Shown piece after piece: positions 11,101 through 18,819 of a DNA stretch of 23,918 nt. A model generated the notes under the pieces. The model saw only the letters and a program-made list of their open reading frames with translations, searched no databases and was not told the origin of the DNA. A program made the position numbers and the translations under genes. Source of the DNA: Spongospora subterranea f. sp. subterranea. Its lineage: Eukaryota. Numbering within the stretch: the stretch's first letter is position 1; each line of letters starts with the position of its first letter. The DNA lies in contig JAUGWO010000007.1 of the NCBI GenBank assembly GCA_049724395.1, positions 372,001-395,918 of the forward strand, in the 5' to 3' direction.

Positions 11101-11305
11101 CATCGATTTATCGCGGAACCAGATGATTGGCCGATCTGGTATGAATATTCTCATTTTCCTTGTCACGAGAAAACTTAATTGTTTTTTAGGAATAACGCGA
11201 CTTCTCCAGGTTGATATTCCAATTAAGTTTGAAGGATTCACCATCGTCCGAGGAGTTGTCTCCGGTGAACGAGGCAACCAAAGTCGGGGAGAGCGTCGCG
11301 ATTGA
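8102..11305 (+). CDS. 13-exon gene, ~874 aa: tandem calponin-homology (actinin-type actin-binding) domains, coiled coil, PH domain, RNI-like leucine-rich repeats
   Basis: Introns 8135-8171, 8342-8389, 8554-8602, 8861-8911, 9139-9186, 9550-9594, 9812-9859, 10028-10076, 10369-10416, 10681-10732, 10892-10944 and 11139-11189 (all GT-AG) leave a 2625-nt open frame. CH1: 'IITWANTYL...IETDFRDGVRLIVLCE...RLDNLAIAFKF'. CH2: 'LLEWV...VENFWSSFADGVAFCALV...ENLALAFSIAEEKLGIPSVLKPED'. PH: 'RKGWLMLR...KKRYFELRGDCLYH...EDISVWIQEI'. LRR: 'LKINRSLQELCLCDNQIKDEGVALLAEAISSHPRLRVLRLSGNSITCEGA'. The first exon is tentative. Confidence 0.9.
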
Positions 11306-11344
11306 TAATACAATATACTTAGTTGGTAACATGGGTGATTACTG

Positions 11345-14098
11345 TCAATTTTTTATTTCAGCCATGACTTTGATATTTCCCAACGTTAACCTCATGTTCA
11401 TGTTTGCGAGTTCCGCCTGGTGACATTTTTCCCTCAAGGATTCCACTTCGGATTCTTTCCTTCGAAACCTGTCATCGCTGCGTTCCAACTCTGATTGCAG
11501 TATGGATTTTGTGGATTCCCAGGTTTTAGCGCTAGCCATTGACCGAATTAGTTCAACTTGGATAATCTCGCGTGCCTTGAAATGGACAGCGACAGATTTA
11601 GCAGTTAGTCTGTGAGCATTGATTAGCGGGTCTGACCTGAATTTCTTGCTGCAACCGTGAGGCTTGTACAGTTTCAGCTGCTTGAAGGGTCTATCAAGGC
11701 GCATTTGGGGTGAGAAGCGATATGGGAATGGACGTCACTTAATTACCTGTATATGGTGTTTATATTCTAGAGCTGTTTCCTCCATCTAGGTTCATCAATA
11801 TAATTAATGCTCATGATCCATTTCTTTCCCCTTACCTGGCGTATCAACTTCCCATCCTGGCGATGCCGCTCCTCCACCGCCGCTCTCTGCTCTTCTGCCA
11901 CCCGCTGGCGGTCGCTCATGGCCATTGTCTGCTCATGAACTATTGTCTCGAGTCGCTCATAGGCCATGACTATGGCGCTACACTGGTCTCTGTCTTTGAC
12001 ATGTTGCTCTGATCGCATCCGTTCCTTCCAATCCACCTCTGATTGGCATCGCTCGTCCATAATGTCTATCAGTGTGGTCTGCCATTCCTTGGCCATCATG
12101 GTCACCCAGATTATCTCCTCAATACGCCTCTTCTCATTATGCTCATATTCCGCCTGTCTTGTCTTAGCTATCGACTTGACCATATCCATCTCTCGTTCTA
12201 CACGTCCCTTGGCTGCCTGTTCCATATCAAGGCCCTCGTGTAAGGCGGCTATCTCCATGTCCCTGTTCCGCTTCTGTTCCTTTAGCTTGGCCAGGTTCAT
12301 CTCCATATCCAATATCTATAAACCCTGTTAATATATAGTGTAATGGGGATATGCTCCTCATCAGCTGCACCTGATCATGATATGTCTTCTCTATTCCTAT
12401 CACATCCCTCTCCTTCCTCTCCAGTTCACCCATCAAATCTGATAACATCTCCCGGTTATTGCTCAACTCACACTCCATATTCACCTGATTTATCATATCA
12501 GTCATTCATCTATCGCTCCCAATATTTATTTACGATCTGATCTGATAGTTCCCGTTTAGATCGCTCCAGCTGATTCCTATTCTCCACCTCAACCGATTCA
12601 TGATTATAACATTTACCAATATCAACAGATAACGATTGTATCTGTCTCAAATCAATCATTTGATATTGATTATTGCTCAACTGACCTTATCCTGTAATTC
12701 AATGATTGTCTGTTGTTGAGTCCATTTGATGACACGAGCGGTGTTCAAACTGTGAATGAGCTCAATGATTGAAAGATGATGATCTGTAATCTATTGGCAA
12801 GGTGAGAAGAAGTTGATAAAACACATTATAATGGAACTGAGTTGATATTACAGTATTGGTCATCTGATTCAGATCAGTCTCATGAGTATTCCGTGTATCA
12901 ATTAGGGTGTCGATCATCGCTTGATATGATTCTCTGCCCTTTACCACTTCCTCACTTATATTCACAATCAATGATGATGAATCGCTGGTCACCTGATCCG
13001 GCCAACAATCCGATTTATCCTGCACATTATCAGCAAGTATCAAACTGCAATCGGTGTCGACCCAGGAATGACCTGATCTGGTACCACGAGACCCATTTGA
13101 AGCGCTCCCCAAAGGAGGGCCGATCGCTGCTCCAATTCCTGACGAAGCAGGGCGATAACCGAGAGGAGCTGGTCGGGATCTGGACCCGGTACTGGGGGAA
13201 GATCTGCCGTGTCCTCTGGCTCCTCCAGACCTGGATCGCTCTCGTCCTCCCGTTCCTCAACTGAACACATCACACGCGATTGTGGTCAGATTGATGATCA
13301 TGACGCCATGATTGTGTGTCCTAATATACTTGCTGGCATCAGATCGGCATTAGTCTCTTCAGTTAATGCAGCTAACTCCATCCAATGCGATTGATCCCCA
13401 GACAGCTTCTGTCTCCTCCAATTGTTCAGGGCGTCCTCACTGCTCATTCCTCGTTGATGAGCAGGGCCTTTCAGGGTCAATACTCCCTGGATAAAGTGCT
13501 CGAATTGTGATCGAGATAGCTCAAGCCTGCTCTCATTCTTTCGACTCATCAGATTCAGTTTCCGAAATAGAATATTGACCTGTTGTCGATAGGAATGATC
13601 AGAGCGGTGATATAGTCAGTTCCACAATAACGATCACAACCTCTTCTCTACTGCTGAAGCACCCGGGAAACAAAACCGAAATCTTTCATGAAATCGTTGA
13701 AATGTTTAAGATCCATAACTTGTCCCTTTTTTTCAATATAAGCGAATGTTTGACCAGGAGGAAGATAACCCCGACAATAATGATCAAATACACTTTTAAC
13801 AGTTAATCGTTTGGGAATATCATGAACTATTCCACGATGATGATGATGCGGTTGATGGACCTCAATAGTGACTTGATTTTTTAAAGCCTCTCTCATTAAT
13901 TTCTTCTTCCCATTTCCAAGATCAGTTAAAAGAGCCTCCACGAAATTCGTATCTTGGACTTGTTTATCGTGAGTAATTTCATTGGTCGATCGTCGTCTGG
14001 CGAGGTGGCGCCCTTTCATCACACTATTGTAGTTGAACTGCAACACATTCTACTACTGAGGGTGATTTGAATTGATTCACTGCCGATAGATCACCCAT
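11345..14098 (-). CDS. Multi-exon gene: N-terminal EF-hand/p25alpha-like helical domain plus long C-terminal coiled coil; probable +1 frameshift at 13672-13675
   Basis: ORF pieces 13648-14046, 13298-13549, 13040-13273, 12762-13112, 12227-12505, 11767-12312 and 11345-11704 are linked by ~43-70 nt GT-AG introns (e.g. 13580-13640). The N-terminal region reads 'VKSVFDHYC...MDLKHFNDFMKDFG(LFP)...VNILFRKL...LSRSQFEHFI'. The C-terminal half is E/Q/K/R/M-rich heptad sequence. The start (MGDLSA, ATG 14098) is tentative. Confidence 0.72.
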
Positions 14099-14425
14099 CT
14101 CGATCTCTACTCGATCCTCATTATTAACCAGCGAGCTGTGTTGGTATCCGACCCTTCTCGTTATTGTTCAGGATCATCACATCCTTCCCAGTATTGATCT
14201 GTCGATTGTCCTGGCCTGTTGGGTCCTGAACAGCCCTCTCTACAGTGTGATCAAGTTGCACCAGAACGTGCCAGACCCTTTTCTCCTTGTTCAGACACTT
14301 GTTCTATCTGCGACCAGTGTCAGTATTGAATCTTCAGCGCCAATTCCCAATCCAGCACAGCTACACTCTCTCTGACCAATACCAGCTCCGGGTCATAACT
14401 CGCCTGGGGAATCCTCCACATCATC
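14099..14425. promoter_or_regulatory. Short divergent intergenic region (putative bidirectional promoter)
   Basis: At most ~330 bp between the head-to-head coiled-coil gene and the GT60 gene. Inferred from position only. Confidence 0.35.
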
Positions 14426-16123
14426 ATGTTGTTCAGTCAACAGAGCAATGGACGATCTTTGAGGTTTGCGACAGAGGCGAAATCACCTATTGGTAAAGCG
14501 ATATCGAGAGTGATCAATAATCGCTCGATATTACTGGTAATAGCGAGTGTAATGTCTGTCATCACGATAATCGTGATGGCGTTGGCAATAATCAAGGATG
14601 ATGGATTGGATCGCGATACCAATTCCTCTATGGTCAAGTCGGCGGTGATTCCGCTCCCCAGAACCATCAAGACCATTGATGAGCATATTTATACAGAGGG
14701 TGATATTCCCTATTTTAATGAGTCGGTTAAAGACTATCGAGAACGGATCTCAGGTCAACTCTCTAATTCCTATCCCAATACCATATTCATATCTCTGGCG
14801 TCATTCCGGGACAACTTCTGTCAGGACACGCTCTATTCGATATTCAATAAGGCCAAAGACCCAAAGCGGGTGTTTGTGGGAGTGGTTGATCAGATGAAGC
14901 CATGGGATGAACCATTGGCAGTTAACGAGACATACGATATCCCTTGTGAGAATAGGATCCCTATCAACCTATACCAACAGGTTCGATTGGTCAGAGTTAA
15001 TGCCAGATATGGTCAAGGGCCAACACACGCCCGATATATCGCATCGAAATTATGGTAAGGGGGAGTAGGGGTTAAGGGTTAGAGGATCTGACTAATGACC
15101 GTTAGGGATGGGGAAGCGGTCTTCATGCAGATAGACGCTCATGCCAATTTCCTGCAGGATTGGGATCAGGAGCTGTTGATGAATCTGGCAGATATGCCTG
15201 AGCCGGATAGATCTGTTCTAAGCCATTATCCTGCATCAGAGATAGGGGATTTAGGGGGGAATATCAGGCAGTGGTGAGGGAGTTGATTGCCCCTTTACAG
15301 CCCCCCAGATTAACGGGATATTGTGATAGGAACTGTATGGTGACAACAGAATGGGCACCTCCTGGATTACTGTATCAGATACCGGATTGGTGTAGAGATG
15401 AGGTTGGGTCTTATCGCCATATCGCCAGCAGTTCATCACATCTTAAACGCGACCAACAGAATATGGCTGAGGGTGTTGCCCTTGATAAACAGGGGCGCAA
15501 GACAACCTGTTATTCGCCATTTATTGGTGCTGGATTCCTCGCCGGACCCGCCCGTATTCTCCATGACGCCCCTTATGATCGCTATCTTCCTTTCCTGTTC
15601 CATGGCGAGGAGATACTGTCAGAGATTCTCTAGCCGCCCTTACCTCTCTCCCAACTGATCACCTCTTATCAGGATCGGGGCGAGATTATGGACGAGCGGT
15701 TGGGATCTGTTCACCCCTCGTCTGAACCTGCTCACTCATCTCTATGGGGAGCGCCGCCATAATGTATATGCAGACAATCCTGAGTGGGAACGGCCGGCAA
15801 GGCTGTCAGAGGCGAGAGCGAGGTTAATCCTGACATCAACCGTTGAGGCGGATGAGGAGATAGATCAGGTCAGGGGTGTCATTATCACAGGAGGAGGGGA
15901 GATAAGGTGCTGACACCTTCACAATCACTGACAGGAGATAGACCGATCGGAGATGGACGATCTGGGGATGGGATCTAAGAGAACCCTTAGTGATTATCTG
16001 GAGTATGCAGGGATTAACTGGTCAACAACACCACCAACGTTAGAGTCAAGGTGCTCAATGAGATACGATGGAGTTAAATGGAGATATGTCACGACAAAGG
16101 AGCCAGGGCAGGCCCAGGAATGA
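14426..16123 (+). CDS. GT60-family UDP-GlcNAc:polypeptide alpha-N-acetylglucosaminyltransferase, type II membrane (Golgi-type), ~495 aa
   Basis: Introns 15055-15105, 15271-15308, 15618-15672 and 15869-15934 leave a 1488-nt open frame. GT60 motifs: TIFISLASFRD, RVFVGVVDQ, GPTHARYIASKLW, FMQIDAHANF (DxH), VLSHYP, SPFIGAGF, PYDRYLPFLFHGEEILIGARLWTSGWDLFTP, LGMGSKRTLSDYLEYAGI. N-terminal signal anchor ILLVIASVMSVITIIVMALAII. Confidence 0.92.
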
Positions 16124-16251
16124 ACATGATGACAGAAAGGGAAGAAGGAGCCATTATCATTCATTTCATCGCCTCAATAATAATATAGTATTAGAGCAGA
16201 GAAGAGTTTATGATGGGTTGATTGAGTGAGTATTGAGGGAGGGGGGAGGGA

Positions 16252-16367
16252 TGTATGCCAGGTCCACGCTTGTGGGCAAGGACGGACGCGAAAGGAATGA
16301 GACAGAGAGAGATGTATTATTGAGAAGATTAAGATCGTAGGAATACAGTACTGTGGAGCGCAGTACA
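16252..16367 (-). repeat. Putative 3' LTR of element A (116 bp), preceded by a polypurine tract at 16368-16377
   Basis: On the - strand, the PPT GAAAGGGGAA is followed immediately by TGTACTGC..., and the segment ends ...GGCATACA (TGTA...TACA termini). The distal end is inferred from the terminal inverted repeat only. Confidence 0.6.
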
Positions 16368-18619
16368 TTCCCCTTTCAGAAAAAGAAATGTAGTAAAGTA
16401 AACTCGACTAATACCTGTTTCACCAGGTGATGGTCAGAATTATCTGACAGGAACTGTTGAATTATAGTAGGAATATCCCTGGATTATATCGAAGGGTTCC
16501 CAACTGGCGTCAGTTGTTTCAAAACCAATCCAATGAATTAGGAGGTCCAGTTGTCCAGACTCTGCACTTCGAATTCAGTAGAGGAGGTTACGCCAATATT
16601 ATCCAGAAGCGCTGTGGTGACCTGTAAATTACGATCGCAGTAGTATTTCAAACGTTGAGCGTGAATATCAGTTCGGTCGCCGGTGATTTAGAAATTCCAC
16701 ACGGTATATTTGGTCGTTAATCATACCAAAAATACGTGCAGTAGACCCGAGCCAATTGTATATGGTTTTGTGGAAAAACAGCTTGATATTGCAGGTGACG
16801 AGCACGAAGTCGCCAATGGTAAAGTTGATTTGGCTTAGCGCTGGCATTCTATGAGCGGGACCGGTGTTGCTGTGCACGTTGTTTGGATAAACGGCTATTT
16901 GATGGATGACGTCAATCGATGATGCGAGTTCAGCTGTAAGTGATTGAATACGAATAGGAATTAATGGAATGTTCAGTTACTGAATCCAAAGACTATACAA
17001 CTATCGTGGACAATGGGTCGAAGCCTGTCGTGGCCGTACACGTTGGTTCAACGTCATATTAACGATGGGGAGAATGAAACGCCAATAGACTTCTAAAGCG
17101 AGACTACATTCTGAGTGTCATTTCTTTGAAGCCTCAAGATTATACCGGTTCACGATTTCCACCGTTCCGTTTGCCCATGGGGTGTAGGCCGTCGTGAAGT
17201 GCTGTGCTATGTGTAGACGACTGCAGAGCTCATCAATCACACGGGTTTTAAAGTGAGTGCCCTGATCGGACACATGTTAATACACAATTCCAAACCGTTT
17301 GAACCAGTCGATTAGACCAGTTACCACTGTGTGATGATCGGCAGATTCAAACGGGATTAGTTCCATCAAGGCGGAGACATCGCCCTTGATCACAAGAATA
17401 CGGTATATTGAAATGAGTGAGGAACGCCTTTCTTGACTTTAGAAATATATAGGAAGACGATTAGGTCGGTTTGCATGCATAGCCAAATGGACGGGGAACG
17501 ACAGACCCGTTGACCCGAATTCAGTGTAAACATTTGGAAACAAAGTCGGTTATCAAGTTCATGTTCGGCCACCAGAACCATTTGCGAATGAGCTTGATCG
17601 ACAAGTCCGATACAAAATGACCGGATATTCTCATATGGGCTACAACCATGATCCGAAGTTGCATTTGGAATGATGCGATACAAACCTGACCGGTTGATGT
17701 CTTCCATGTTCCCTTGTCAAAATGGGTTCGTGAGTACTTGATTCTGGATATTAAGCCCATTGGACTGTAAATCAACATGTTCTGTCTGCAAATATGATGA
17801 TAGATTCGACAGTTGGCCATATGAAATCTTTGGCATGTTAGCCCTCGAAAAAAGCTACCAATCTTTTGTTAGAAGTGATGATGTCATCGGTGAAATGGGC
17901 CACGACAGGTTCCGAAACGGGGGCTCCCCATCAAGTCAGAATGTCGGCCCAGACGTTGGCGGTTCCATCTATGTGTTCAATTACAAAATCAAACGAGCGT
18001 AGTTGGAGTTGCCAGCGTTCAAGATGATCTCCACTGGTTCGACTATCAGGAAGACTCCGATTGTTGGGATCATATAGGAATGTAAGGTTTCTGTGATCTG
18101 TAAAGAGACGAAACTTATCAAACGATGGCACCCTTCGCCAGTAGTGATCGTTGACGGTAATTCGCTCAGTGACGAAACGAAATTGGGATCGAACGAGACA
18201 CCCTTTTCCGATATCATTCTGCCGCACCAGTTGACCATCGTCAAGAAGAGAGCGCAACGGTTTGGGTTCAGTTTGATGCCATGTGAGTGCAGATTGTCTA
18301 AGATGAGGACCAAATTCAAACCAGTTGTCAATGCTTGTGGCATGACCTCAACCCAAAATGTCGTGAACCCATAGAAGGGTGCATCTGTAGAGCAGATCGG
18401 CCAGCACTTCTTGCATCTCTGCCTGGAAAGCGAAAACTGCATCGGCTAGGCCTTGGAGGATGATACGACGCGGCGTGTAGACGGCCTCATGCGTTATGAA
18501 AGAACAAAGCTCCCAGATTCTGGATGTAATGGAAACTGCAATTAACCTTTTAAGGCGTCCAGCATGATAAACGGTTTTGCATTACGAAGATATGAGTTTT
18601 GAGATGAGATCTATATGAG
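16252..18619 (-). mobile_element. Decayed Ty3/gypsy chromodomain-bearing retrotransposon A (3' part: RT, RNase H end, integrase, chromodomain, PPT, 3' LTR)
   Basis: Minus-strand motifs in gypsy order: RT '(P)HID...NAKPFIMLDALKG*LQFPLHPES', 'LLWVHDILG', 'VNWCGRMIS'; RNase H 'FRLFTDHRNL...LERWQLQLRSFDFVIEHIDGTANVWADILT*WG'; integrase 'VVAH...GH...SKCLH', 'SDQGTHF', 'FTTAYTPWANGTVEIVN', 'FTIGDFVLV'; chromodomain 'LLIHWIGFETTDASWEP' (~16492-16545). Many stops and frameshifts. Confidence 0.93.
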
Positions 18620-18819
18620 TGTAACATATGTGTCAACGTATTGACCCTATGTTATAGCCTACGACAGGCTACCCTATTGTATTGGATATAGCTGGCAACG
18701 GAGTTCCTGACGGACTTTACGGACCAGATATCGGATCTAACTCGGAATAGGAACATCTATTGTGTGTAAATAGCATCTATAGTAATCCACCTGACCAGTG
18801 TATACCGATGTATGTTACA
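18620..18819 (+). repeat. 200-bp LTR (putative 5' LTR of element B)
   Basis: Perfect 9-bp terminal inverted repeat TGTAACATA...TATGTTACA. It begins exactly where element A's RT homology stops. The flanks ATGAG and AAGAA differ, so it is not a solo LTR with a TSD. Confidence 0.78.

Noticed and set aside
8520..13394. Numerous 60-140 aa ORFs antisense or out of frame to the modelled genes (e.g. 8520-8882, 10171-10569, 11966-12331, 12842-13264)
   Set aside because: They are shadow frames of real exons with no independent motifs.
15055..15090. G-rich, telomere-like or G-quadruplex-like intron sequence (GGGGGAGTAGGGGTTAAGGGTTAGAGG)
   Set aside because: It has only three G3+ tracts and no true tandem telomeric repeats, and the other introns of this gene are also G-rich.
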